A stretch of DNA of 63,100 nt, the filler included, from Pseudomonadota bacterium (GTDB lineage: Bacteria > Desulfobacterota > Desulfobacteria > Desulfobacterales > JBDRRP01), in NCBI GenBank assembly GCA_043825735.1. It is 5 parts of 5 records of this genome, joined end to end, with 100 filler letters (N's around TTAATTAATTAA, not from the genome) between each part and the next. Parts side by side here need not be neighbours in the genome. Positions count along the whole stretch, not along the records: positions 1 to 22,608 come from JBDRRP010000028.1; positions 22,709 to 36,913 come from JBDRRP010000030.1; 3 more parts are not named here. One strand, given 5' to 3'. The position numbers were made by a program, and so were the translations under genes. Below the pieces are notes generated by a model that saw only the letters and a list, made by a program, of their open reading frames with translations, was not told where the DNA came from and ran no database searches. Positions 21,140 to 30,341 of this stretch are shown here, piece after piece (position 1 is the stretch's first letter; every line of letters begins with the position of its first letter).

Positions 21140-22335
21140 GAAATCTACCTACTCCGATCCTCCAGGCGAGGATTCCGCAGATGTTCTCGGTTTCGGCGGT
21201 CGCCTCCGCTACTGGGTGCATGTTGAAAGCCATCTTCCAGGCTTCCTCGCACGAAGGTGCACTATTGCAGGGTCCGCGTGCCGTTCTCGGAAGCATCGCT
21301 CACGAGCTGGTGGAAAGGGCGATACGGGACATTAACAAAAACGGAGATGCAGCCTTCGAGGAATTGGAACGGATTCTCGGCGCCCTTTTGCATAATGCAC
21401 GTGAGCGTTTGCGTGTGAATCCGGTAACGGCCCATTACTCTCATTTGCCGCGTACCATGAGCCGATTGGCTTGGGCCAGAAAGCGCAGGAAGATCCTTGA
21501 TCTGGCTTATGAATCGGCGGGTAGTGCCAGACCATGCGGCGAAGCCATTGAACCCCGCAGCAACGCTGACTTCAGATTCGAGAAGCTGTTGCGGGATGGC
21601 CGATGGTTCGAGGTTCCTATTGAGGTACCAGAGCTCCGGCTGAAAGGGCGAATGGACATTTTGGATCGCCGTGGGAAGGAAACCAAGATCACCGATGTCA
21701 AATCTGGTCGTGTAGAAGACGAGAACGGAGAGATTGCCGAGAGGATAGTGCGACAGATTCGGCTTTACGGTCTTATGGCCAATTGGCTGTCACCTTGGAC
21801 GAACGTGATTTTGACGATCCTCGCTGGCGCCGAGCACCCCGTTCCGTTCGACGCAGACGAACGAAACGAGACTTTGGTTTGGCTTCGGTCGAGAACGGAC
21901 CCGCTCCCAACAGGTTCTACCGTGTCCTGCGATAGCCTCGCCCAATTAAACTCTGACTGTAGATGGTGCGACATGCGACACCGATGTCTACGGTATCTCC
22001 AGGACACGCCATCACTCTGGGCCAGCAATCCTGACTGGCCATTGCCTCTTGATGTTTGGGGATTAATTGAGCGAATCGATTCGAAAGGTGAAGACCTCGT
22101 CGATTTGGCCCTATGGGATGCTGGGGGACGCCATATCAAAGTCTTTAACTTGCGCGACACTCATGTCGCCCGTATGCGTGCCGGAGACCGGATCTGGCTG
22201 TTCAACCTGTCGGCCTCAGCCACAGACCTTCGTGGAACGCCGTTTCAACACCCCCTCAATTTCTACGAGGTTGGTGATTCCGAAAATGATAGAGCCTGGT
22301 CTCTGCAAGTTTTCACGGGAACACTCGCAGCATGA
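21124..22335 (+). CDS. PD-(D/E)XK (RecB/Cas4-like) nuclease with Fe-S-type cysteines
   Basis: N-terminal GC, G.IAH, LKGRMD..ITDVKSG, Q.RLYG, CRWCDMRHRC. Overlaps the end of the helicase gene. Confidence 0.8.
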   Translation: MEGSLRNLPTPILQARIPQMFSVSAVASATGCMLKAIFQASSHEGALLQGPRAVLGSIAHELVERAIRDINKNGDAAFEELERILGALLHNARERLRVNPVTAHYSHLPRTMSRLAWARKRRKILDLAYESAGSARPCGEAIEPRSNADFRFEKLLRDGRWFEVPIEVPELRLKGRMDILDRRGKETKITDVKSGRVEDENGEIAERIVRQIRLYGLMANWLSPWTNVILTILAGAEHPVPFDADERNETLVWLRSRTDPLPTGSTVSCDSLAQLNSDCRWCDMRHRCLRYLQDTPSLWASNPDWPLPLDVWGLIERIDSKGEDLVDLALWDAGGRHIKVFNLRDTHVARMRAGDRIWLFNLSASATDLRGTPFQHPLNFYEVGDSENDRAWSLQVFTGTLAA

Positions 22336-22435
22336 TTCCTTCCCCTTTGGCAGTTTCGGCCTTGGCTCTCGGCAGTGGCTCTCGGGGTCGGACCAAGCTA
22401 TAAAACAGGCATTCCAACAATAATCCCCGAAAATA

Positions 22436-22608
22436 CTTACATTTCGCACGTTCAGGAAAAAGTTTTCAAGGCAAGAGGCCACGAGCTCATATATGGCGCG
22501 ATATCATTTTTTTTCAGCACAATAAAAAAATCTAGACTTCGACTTTCAGTTGTTCTATAACGCCCCATAAACACGATCAGGGGATGCGTAATGGTAAAAT
22601 TTGAAACG
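22436..22608 (+). mobile_element. Left end of a second IS1634 copy in inverted orientation, cut by the contig end
   Basis: Near-identical to the reverse complement of 5283-5455: CTTACATTTCGCACGTTCAGG... through the transposase start codon. Confidence 0.9.
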
Positions 22609-22708
22609 NNNNNNNNNNNNNNNNNNNNNNNNNNNNNNNNNNNNNNNNNNNNTTAATTAATTAANNNNNNNNNNNNNNNNNNNNNNNNNNNNNNNNNNNN
22701 NNNNNNNN
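22609..22708. other. Artificial contig spacer
   Basis: N-run, TTAATTAATTAA (stops in all frames), N-run; 100 nt. Confidence 0.98.
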
Positions 22709-23562
22709 GTCATATTTCCATAAAATTTGGCAAATGGCTCAAGATACTCACGAATTTTCGCAATCTGCTCTGCTGTCTTGCTGAGCAGCCGATTGGCCAC
22801 GACGTATTTAACATCCGTTGAGGCGATCCGGACCTGTTGAAACCTGTCTTTTACCCGCCGTATGCTGTCAGCAACGTGTGCAAAGCGGCCACTTTCGAAT
22901 ATGGCTTCCTGGACGCCGGCAATGAAGCGAAACCGCAGATCCTTGCACACCTCACCCAATTCACGGAGGAAACCCAGATCAAGGATGAGAGGCTGATCAC
23001 TGCGAGAGCGGAGGTAATCCAAAAGTTCATCCACCACGATGAGTAGCCCGTGATTGGGGTATTGTTTGTGGAACACCCCCATGAGCTGTTCGAATGCGGT
23101 TTTGTTCTCATACTGCTGGTTCGCTTCGGGAAACCGGAAAGAAACATTCATGTCCTCAAGATTCTTTTCCAACGCAGAGGTGATGATTTCCCTGAACGGC
23201 ATCTCCGTCGAACCGATTTCCAGGCGAATTACCTTGAATTGGCCGGCAATATCCTGAGCCGCCTCCCGTACGGTTGGATCGGTGATCAGCGGCAGCAATT
23301 CCCCATTTTCGGCAATGCTTGAAAGTAAGGACAGGAGGTGAGACTTACCGGTCCCGTAATTGCCTACTATCAACAACCCCTTGTTATCGTGTGGCTTATG
23401 GAACTGAAGATGCGGGATGACCACTTCGCTAAGCCTCTGCCGCATCTCTTTGGAAATGACGTACGACGAGACGTGCTTCTTCGCCGACGCTTCGCGGTTC
23501 GCATCTCGCAGTTGGATCACACTTTCGATGGGTTCGAACGAAATCAGTTCGTTGTATTTCAT
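22709..23562 (-). CDS. brxC: DUF6079-family ATPase, BREX type 3 BrxC-like (5' part; cut by contig end)
   Basis: [55 protein letters not shown]; follows brxF. Confidence 0.8.
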
Positions 23563-23577
23563 CGCATCTCTCTCTTA

Positions 23578-24054
23578 TTAGAGCGTTATCAGAGTAATAC
23601 GGTCTGTCGGCATACGACGATATTCGCGGTGTCCAGGTTCACCGTAGATTACATGACCATCATCAAGCTTGCCATTCCAGGACCACACCAACAGCCTTGT
23701 CCTTGAAAGCTTTTCAAGCAAACCGACCGGATTCAATTCCAAATCGGCGTCGAATATGATCTCCGTGTTGTCTACTGCAATCCTTGAACTGTTAATCTCA
23801 TCGAACATATCGGCAATCAAATCCGCGGCTCCCAGCTTGCGTTCCCGGATATCCAGAGGAAGCAGCCGTCTGCTCAGTTCGAGGCCCAAATTAAACAAGG
23901 GCATTTCAAACTGTTTGGCCATGGTGCGCAACAATGCCGTTTTGCCGGTCCCGGAACGCCCGACAACGAAAAGCAGTTTGGCGTAGCGTGCCTCAGCTTG
24001 GGCTATCGCTGCGGCACAATTGTCAGGATTGAAACACGTTTGGCTTTTGCTCAA
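23578..24054 (-). CDS. brxF: BREX type 3 P-loop protein BrxF
   Basis: VVGRSGTGKT, NLGLELSRRLL, DNTEIIFD, SWNG, Y.EPGHREYR; 158 aa directly upstream of the DUF6079 ATPase. Confidence 0.85.
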   Translation of the reverse strand: MSKSQTCFNPDNCAAAIAQAEARYAKLLFVVGRSGTGKTALLRTMAKQFEMPLFNLGLELSRRLLPLDIRERKLGAADLIADMFDEINSSRIAVDNTEIIFDADLELNPVGLLEKLSRTRLLVWSWNGKLDDGHVIYGEPGHREYRRMPTDRITLITL

Positions 24055-24126
24055 CTCATAGATCCTTATCTCAAGCGCTGAGGGTTTATCTTGGCACTGA
24101 TCCGAATACCCTTTAACTCGTAATGC

Positions 24127-24345
24127 TCATCTCGCAGTGCCTTTAGCAGTGCCCTGGGATTCATCATCCCTTTCGCCTGCTGCGCCAGACTTTACCCATT
24201 CGTCAACCTCTTCCTTACGGAATTTCCACAGCCTTCCAACTCGATGAGCTGGCATTCGCTTATCGGAGATCCATTTGTAGAGTGTATCCCGCTTAATTCC
24301 GAGGTAGGCTGCAATTTCATCTACGGAGAACCATCTGTCTTCCAT
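24127..24345 (-). CDS. Excisionase-type (HTH_17) DNA-binding protein leading the BREX operon
   Basis: MEDRWFSVDEIAAYLGIKRDTLYKWI..MPAHRVGRLWKF..EVDEWV; probable start is ATG 24345. Confidence 0.88.
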   Translation of the reverse strand: MEDRWFSVDEIAAYLGIKRDTLYKWISDKRMPAHRVGRLWKFRKEEVDEWVKSGAAGERDDESQGTAKGTAR

Positions 24346-24776
24346 TTTGAATCCTAACGATGGAAATTTAGTTTCTTGTGTCGGGTGGTATAAGATTGAA
24401 AGAAAATAATACCGTAGGTCTGGCCAGATAATGCCAGATACCAATAAACAGGTATAAATCGGCACAAATAAAGCACAGTAATAACTAAAATGTCAAACTT
24501 TTTCAGGGAATTCCAAAGATTATCTCATGCGCAGCTTATCGTGGTCGAACTTCCTCAATAGCTTTACCATATTTTTTGCCTGCCGGTCTTGCCCCAACAG
24601 CCCCCATCCTGGTCGTCCTAAAAATTTCCATCAAAAATATCGCCTCTGGCACCCATAGAGTGATCAGGGGGTAAGATTCGAAAACATACATTATAGCCCC
24701 CACCCCCAGGGCTACCATCCACAGGGCTGTCGATTCTTATCGATGGCCTTTCGTGCTTTGAAAGGAGGTGATCCAT

Positions 24777-25322
24777 TTGAATGAGAAATCCACAATACCA
24801 AGACAGCAGAGCCTTTTCCCATCCCCCGCCGAGACCCCTCACCATTCCAAGTTCATTTCAAATTACCGAGTTGCGCTGGTTAGAGACCGGCGCCTTCCCT
24901 TTGAGCAGTGCCGTCTGGCCAATTCCCAGCAGGCCCAGCCTATCGTCAAGCATCTCATTGAAGCCCACGGACAATCCGATCGAGAGCAGTTCTGCGTCCT
25001 GATGCTCAATACCAAGAACGAGATTGTCGGCGTGAATATCGTCAGCACCGGCAGCGTCTCATCGGCCCAGGTCTGTCCTCGTGAAGTGCTCAAGCCAGCT
25101 ATTCTGGCCAGTTCATCGGCAATTATCCTGAGTCACAACCACCCTAGTTGTGATGTGCAGCCATCTCCGGAGGATCTGGCTTTGACCGAGAAGCTGATCC
25201 ATGCCTGCCATCTCGTTGGCATTACCGTCCATGAGCACATCATCGTCTCGATGTTCGATGACCGGTATTACAGCATGGCGGACAACGGCATTATTCAGCG
25301 GATCTATGACCGGATAGGGTGA
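24777..25322 (+). CDS. radC: RadC-like JAB-domain protein
   Basis: DREQF.VLMLNTKN, PREVLKPAI, HNHPS..PSPED, EHII; AAAGGAGGTGA precedes TTG 24777. Confidence 0.9.
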   Translation: MNEKSTIPRQQSLFPSPAETPHHSKFISNYRVALVRDRRLPFEQCRLANSQQAQPIVKHLIEAHGQSDREQFCVLMLNTKNEIVGVNIVSTGSVSSAQVCPREVLKPAILASSSAIILSHNHPSCDVQPSPEDLALTEKLIHACHLVGITVHEHIIVSMFDDRYYSMADNGIIQRIYDRIG

Positions 25323-25405
25323 GACCGACATTTCCAAGAATTTCAATGGAGCCATTTGCCCCGGCGGCAAGTGGTTTTTTCATTTCGAAAGGAGGTGATT
25401 CGCCA

Positions 25406-25621
25406 ATGGCATACACACCGGAGCTTTCCATAAAATCGTCCAGCACCCTGAGACGGATCGCATGGGCTCTGGATCTGCCGATGACTCAAACCATTGAAAG
25501 AGTGTTCGAGCATTTGCCCCGAATCCTGGACCGGCAACTGGTCTGCAAGGCCTGCCGGGACCGGTCCAAGTGCTGCAACTGCCCCTTCAGTGAAAACCCA
25601 TTTACACCCGAAAGGAGGTGA
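25406..25621 (+). CDS. Small hypothetical protein with C-terminal Cys cluster
   Basis: AAAGGAGGTGA RBS; MAYTPELS..LRRIAWAL..PMT..CKACRDRSKCCNCPF. Confidence 0.75.
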   Translation: MAYTPELSIKSSSTLRRIAWALDLPMTQTIERVFEHLPRILDRQLVCKACRDRSKCCNCPFSENPFTPERR

Positions 25622-25626
25622 TCCAC

Positions 25627-25836
25627 ATGACCGTGCCCGGTGAATGCGTAAATGACGTCGTCACCAATTGCTGTGAATGCCACGCCGTGCTCAACATCGG
25701 TGTCCATCGCAGCGCAGCCGGCTACTATGTCGGCTTCTTTTGCCCATGTTGCGGCCCTTACAGCCGCGAGAGCGGGTATTACCGCAGTTTCGAGGAAGCC
25801 CAGGAGTCCCTGGAAAGCGGTCTTTACTGGCGCTAA
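25627..25836 (+). CDS. Small Cys-rich mobile-element protein
   Basis: AAAGGAGGTGA RBS; CCEC..SAAGYYVG..CPCCGPYSRESGYY..EEA. Confidence 0.75.
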   Translation: MTVPGECVNDVVTNCCECHAVLNIGVHRSAAGYYVGFFCPCCGPYSRESGYYRSFEEAQESLESGLYWR

Positions 25837-25936
25837 CCGCTACAACCATCCACCCCAACAGAGAAGCCCGGTGAGCAATGACGCTTGCCAGGCTTTTCGT
25901 GTTTCTGGACCCATCAAATCAAAAGGAGAATACACC

Positions 25937-26902
25937 ATGACTTACGACAGACAGGAAATGAAACGAGTGAACGCGGCAGAAGTACTTCCTCCGGAGGTGC
26001 ATCAGGAGCGCCGCATAACGGTTCCGAGCCTCATTCCTACGGCACCGCTGGATATGCCTGTGGAGCGCTTCTCTGAGGCCCTGGAGCGCCGTGAGGACAA
26101 CCGCAAGGCATTGCTCCGGTGGATTCAGTCCAACCTTCAGATCGGTGTCGATTATGGCCAGATTCACGTGGTCGGAAAGGACAAGTGCCGGCTGGCCAGT
26201 GAGGGGAAAGCTCATGAGTGCATCAATCCGAGGCACTGGAGCAAGCCATCGCTGTGGAAGCCCGGCGCCGAGAAAATCTGCGGCATGCTTGGGCTGATTC
26301 CGAGGTTTCCGAACCTCAAAGAATACGAAAGCGCCGCCCTTCGCGGGGAGGATCTGAAGGTCATCATTCTCAAATGCGAGCTTCACACGGGTAGCGGTTT
26401 CGTGGCCGCCGAGGGCTCCGGAGCCAGGCGTGTCGCCCAAGACAATGGGGATATTAACAAAAGTTTAAAGATGGCCGAGAAGTCGAGTCACATCGACGCT
26501 ACGCTTCGAGTGGCAGGCCTGTCGGAACTTTTTTCGCAAGACCTGGAGGATTTGCCAGATCAAACGCGGCAGCAGGTTCAACCGGATGCTCAACGGGGTG
26601 CGCCTCAGCCCGGATCAGAGCACCCGCAGGCAGATGACGGATCATTACGCACAGGCGAAAACAGCAACTCAAACAAGAATGCCGCCAACGGCCGGCAGAA
26701 TCAAAGACCCGCCAATGGTCAATCCAACGGCGGCAACCGTATCACCGGCAAACAGTACAAGTACATCATGAGCTTGATGCAGACGGCCGGCATGACCAAA
26801 AAGGAGCTGAACGAGCACTGCGTCAACACCTACGGTTCCGTGGTGGATCACATCACCCGGGCCGACGCCTCCAGCCTCATCGACTGGCTGCAGAACAGCT
26901 AA
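25937..26902 (+). CDS. Phage-type protein, possible single-strand annealing protein
   Basis: AAGGAG RBS; KPSLWKPGAEKI, NKSLKMAEK..IDA, Q/N-rich linker, short C-terminal domain ITGKQ...ASSLIDWL; upstream of an exonuclease. Confidence 0.6.
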   Translation: MTYDRQEMKRVNAAEVLPPEVHQERRITVPSLIPTAPLDMPVERFSEALERREDNRKALLRWIQSNLQIGVDYGQIHVVGKDKCRLASEGKAHECINPRHWSKPSLWKPGAEKICGMLGLIPRFPNLKEYESAALRGEDLKVIILKCELHTGSGFVAAEGSGARRVAQDNGDINKSLKMAEKSSHIDATLRVAGLSELFSQDLEDLPDQTRQQVQPDAQRGAPQPGSEHPQADDGSLRTGENSNSNKNAANGRQNQRPANGQSNGGNRITGKQYKYIMSLMQTAGMTKKELNEHCVNTYGSVVDHITRADASSLIDWLQNS

Positions 26903-26978
26903 ATCGATTCATTCAACTCACGGGGAAGGTGCCTTCTAGGGCCTTCCCCTTTTCATTGCCCAAAGAAAGGAAACGATC

Positions 26979-27809
26979 ATGACCAGAAAACAAGCATTGG
27001 CGGATTTCCAGAGCGAGCTTCACGTCAGTTACAGCCAGGTGTTCACCTATCTGGCGTGCCCCTTGAAGTATCAGTTCCAGTATGTCGAGCAGCGGCCGGC
27101 CGAAAGAATCAGTATAGCGCTGCCGTTCGGTTCCGCCATCCACAGCGCTATCGAGCGGTATCACCGAGGCCTGATGGATAACGGGGTGCCTGATCCGCTG
27201 TGGCAGTTGCAGGATGTGTTCGCCGAGGTGTTGACCGCCGGCCTGGACCGAGTGGAGGTGCCCATCATTTACAAACAGCAGACTCCGAACAGGGAGGCCG
27301 CCATCGACATGGGCAGAAAGATGCTGAAAGCGTTTTACGAAGGCGTCGATATGACCGGATTCGAGATTATCGGTATCGAGCTTCCTTTGACCGCCAGGCT
27401 GTACTCCGAGGAAGGACAGGCCCGTGATATGGTTGTGACAGGCATCATCGACCTTTTACTGAAGGACGCCGCCGGCAACGTCATCGCCGTGGACAACAAG
27501 ACGGCCAAGAACCCCTATGCTCAGAACACCGTGGATGAGGATCTTCAGTTGACCTCGTATGCCTACCTGTTGGCCGCCAACCGGTATGTGTTTCCCAAGG
27601 CCGATGTCTATTGTCGGTTCGACGTGCTTCGGAAATTGAAGACACCCAAGTTCGAGCAGCACTACACGACCAGGACCGCTGAACAGAGAAGGCGATTTGC
27701 CAAGCTAACCGATGCCGTACTGGCAGGCATCGAGGCACGCATATTCATGCCGAGCAAGAGCTGGATGTGTTCGGACTGCCAATACGCAAATGCGTGCGGA
27801 AAGTGGTAG
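26979..27809 (+). CDS. PD-(D/E)XK RecB/AddB/Cas4-like exonuclease
   Basis: HVSYSQ..YLACPLKY, FGSAIH, GIIDL..DNKT, QLTSY, C-terminal CSDCQY..C. Confidence 0.9.
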   Translation: MTRKQALADFQSELHVSYSQVFTYLACPLKYQFQYVEQRPAERISIALPFGSAIHSAIERYHRGLMDNGVPDPLWQLQDVFAEVLTAGLDRVEVPIIYKQQTPNREAAIDMGRKMLKAFYEGVDMTGFEIIGIELPLTARLYSEEGQARDMVVTGIIDLLLKDAAGNVIAVDNKTAKNPYAQNTVDEDLQLTSYAYLLAANRYVFPKADVYCRFDVLRKLKTPKFEQHYTTRTAEQRRRFAKLTDAVLAGIEARIFMPSKSWMCSDCQYANACGKW

Positions 27810-27815
27810 GCGTGG

Positions 27816-27846
27816 AAGCCCCGGTGGTGTGACGCTGCCGGGGCTT
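27816..27846. terminator. Probable terminator hairpin between convergent genes
   Basis: AAGCCCCGG...CCGGGGCTT just after the stop at 27809. Confidence 0.55.
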
Positions 27847-28123
27847 AGCCTCTGGTTAGTACCTCATGGCATTATCAAGGAAAGCGTTACTTGAAATACC
27901 GCGTTTATTCAGCAGGATGGATGAGGGATGACGCTCGTGACGATAGGGGGATCAAAACCTTTTCGGTTTTTCCCTTTGCCTGGACGTCACGCCCGACGAA
28001 AACGGTGGGAATGAGAAAGCCATTCCGTGATGGTCAGAAATTCAGCCCTCGTGCACTCATAGCTGTTTTAATTTTCGCTGCTTCAAGTGCTGGTGATGAA
28101 CTGGTGAGCAGATGGTGCTGCTA

Positions 28124-29203
28124 TTACCCATGCAGCTCGCGGTTGCAATGAATACAGGTGCCGGCACGTAGCCTGCTCCGTCGACGTTTTGCCACCGCCT
28201 TATTGACTTGACCACTAACATCCTTCGACTTCAACATATCGGAAAGGACCGCGACTGCCACTTCCTTAGGCATTGCATACATCAGTCCTCGCGCTCCTTC
28301 ATAGGAACAGTTCAGTGCAGCAAAAGCTTGCCCCCAACGTAATGCTTGAACTACTGCCTTTTTGCATTGGCTCAGGTTCGGCAAGCGATTTCGGTCGGAG
28401 AGCAAAGCATGAACGAATCCTGCGGTGCACCAGTCGCCGCTTCCAGCAGCATCTCTAAGCCGCGGAGCGGGAACAGCGGGCAACTCCTCTTCATGAACAG
28501 TATTCCGGCCTTGTCGAATCGTAACCCTCAATCCAGCATTGCCACGGGTCTCTATCTCTACTGGAACTTCCGCATCAGTGGCGGCATCCAGCACGCTCGA
28601 AAGTCTCTCGTGGGAATACTTGAAAACGTGGCACGCATGTAGGCACGCATTAAACAATCCCGGGTCCTTGATGCCGGACGGCTCGAATACGACAAGTGCC
28701 CCATTTTGCCGCGCATGAGCGGCAATCTCAAGGTTCGCCCGAGCGACCCGATCAAAGTAAAACAACGATGCAGATGGTATCGAAGCGATGAGCTCGTTGA
28801 TATCTCGCTGAAGCCATGGGCGATAGTTCGCTGTGTGAATTCCACATTTAGAACAGATTCGACTGAACCGGTGCCGTGCTGCCCCTTTTCGGTTGAATAT
28901 AATCTCCTGAAAGACAACCGGGGTCTGTGCATTTGCCTCTCGCAAAAGGAACCGCGTGTCGACCGACCAGTACTCCAAATCCCTGACGAGTTCATGCCCG
29001 GGCTGGTCATCGCCAATACGAGCTATCGGTGCGGATTTCCAGCCAAGATATGACAAAATCGCCAAGACGTTGCCGCAGGAACCGCCGGCAAAGCGCCGTT
29101 CCGTTGTGCGACCATTGATCGAACGCACTATGTCCAAGGCGACAAAGCCAGCACCAAGGCACCACGACTCAGCTATTTTTCCTGAGCTATGTTGTTTGTG
29201 CAT
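28124..29203 (-). CDS. PfkB/ribokinase-family kinase (gene E of the five-gene operon)
   Basis: GGSCGNV, ARIGDD..G, DAAGSGDWCTAG; GGAGA RBS before ATG 29203, overlapping the upstream gene. Confidence 0.88.
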   Translation of the reverse strand: MHKQHSSGKIAESWCLGAGFVALDIVRSINGRTTERRFAGGSCGNVLAILSYLGWKSAPIARIGDDQPGHELVRDLEYWSVDTRFLLREANAQTPVVFQEIIFNRKGAARHRFSRICSKCGIHTANYRPWLQRDINELIASIPSASLFYFDRVARANLEIAAHARQNGALVVFEPSGIKDPGLFNACLHACHVFKYSHERLSSVLDAATDAEVPVEIETRGNAGLRVTIRQGRNTVHEEELPAVPAPRLRDAAGSGDWCTAGFVHALLSDRNRLPNLSQCKKAVVQALRWGQAFAALNCSYEGARGLMYAMPKEVAVAVLSDMLKSKDVSGQVNKAVAKRRRSRLRAGTCIHCNRELHG

Positions 29204-30341
29204 AGCATTCTCCATACAACCATGCCGTGTAGCACTCAGAGGCCGACTCAGCGGGGACATGCCCCGTCAAGTTGTACCCTTGAGCATCGACGTGACCGAC
29301 ACCCACGTCAATTCGATCCCCCCCTCGACGCCACTGAGACAACTCGTAGGCAGCAAGTAGAGCCCCCAAAGACAGGAGCTTCGAGGACATCGCCGACACG
29401 ACAGCTTTGCAGCCGCCAAGTGGATGCAGTGCCTGTTGGTAGTGCAGCACCGATCGCATGATTTGCCGATAGACCTCGAATGGATTAGTCTCGGCGGCGT
29501 AGATGAAATTCTGAGGCTCTACACGAAGCTGATCGAAAAGTAGTTCGCGATATTCTAGAACGATATCATCGGCGTTACGTGGATTCCTTGCAGGCGAAGG
29601 CAACAATGGGCATATCTCATCAGGTTGAACGAGCTCGTACACGCGTTCAATTTGAAGTCGTTGATTCTTCCCCAGGAGTGGAATCCAGATGCGAGGTTGA
29701 TCGCGGGTTGCTTCCAGTTCGAAGCTGGCAGCAGCGAACCCATGGAGAAGCGTAGCGGCCTCGTCTATACCTTCGTCGACGACTTGGTCATCGCGCTCCG
29801 TAGAATGCGACACCACAACGTGCAGGTTAGGATGATTTCGATCGTGTTGTTCTTGGTCAAAGAGCGTCAGCATCTTTGAGAGCAGCGGGAAATAGAGCCC
29901 TCGAGGGAGAGCACTGATATCTACGATAACGTCTGTGTAGTTCAAAAACTCGTCAATGCTCAAGAACTCGTTGGCTATACTCCGAGATCCAATTCGGCGA
30001 CCATCATCTGAGAAAATCCGGATTGTCCGTATCCATATGTCGCCACGCTTGTTGAAAAGAGACTTCAACCGAAATCCGTTTGCATCCCGTTGGGCTCGGT
30101 ATTGATGTGACGGCGATTGGGGTCCCTCGTCGTACTCGATAACGAGAGCGTCTCGTGTGCCCTCCTTACCGAGGTCGAGAATCACGTCCGCACAATCGCA
30201 CATGCGAGTATCGAATCCGTGCCCCAACACAAAAAGCAAGTTCCTCTTTTTAGACAAGAGCTCATCCCAGAACGTTGTAAATTCATTCCCTCTGCGGAGC
30301 AAATAGTCCCGCCAACGCCAAGTCGTCGAATCATGGCTCAT
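29187..30341 (-). CDS. Uncharacterised alpha/beta protein (gene D), 384 aa
   Basis: ATG 30341 overlaps the upstream TGA (ATGA). Motif-like segments LFVLGHGFDTRM, VIVDISALPR, WIPLLG, NPFEVY. Confidence 0.75.
   Translation of the reverse strand: MSHDSTTWRWRDYLLRRGNEFTTFWDELLSKKRNLLFVLGHGFDTRMCDCADVILDLGKEGTRDALVIEYDEGPQSPSHQYRAQRDANGFRLKSLFNKRGDIWIRTIRIFSDDGRRIGSRSIANEFLSIDEFLNYTDVIVDISALPRGLYFPLLSKMLTLFDQEQHDRNHPNLHVVVSHSTERDDQVVDEGIDEAATLLHGFAAASFELEATRDQPRIWIPLLGKNQRLQIERVYELVQPDEICPLLPSPARNPRNADDIVLEYRELLFDQLRVEPQNFIYAAETNPFEVYRQIMRSVLHYQQALHPLGGCKAVVSAMSSKLLSLGALLAAYELSQWRRGGDRIDVGVGHVDAQGYNLTGHVPAESASECYTAWLYGECYAQTT

Noticed and set aside
22609..22708. TTAATTAATTAA as a biological motif, and linkage of the Druantia-like and BREX loci
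   Set aside because: The identical spacer occurs four times between N-runs. It is an assembly linker, so order across it is unproven.
21124..27809. Cas4-like nucleases as evidence for CRISPR-Cas
   Set aside because: No cas1, cas2 or array; both genes fit defence or recombination contexts.
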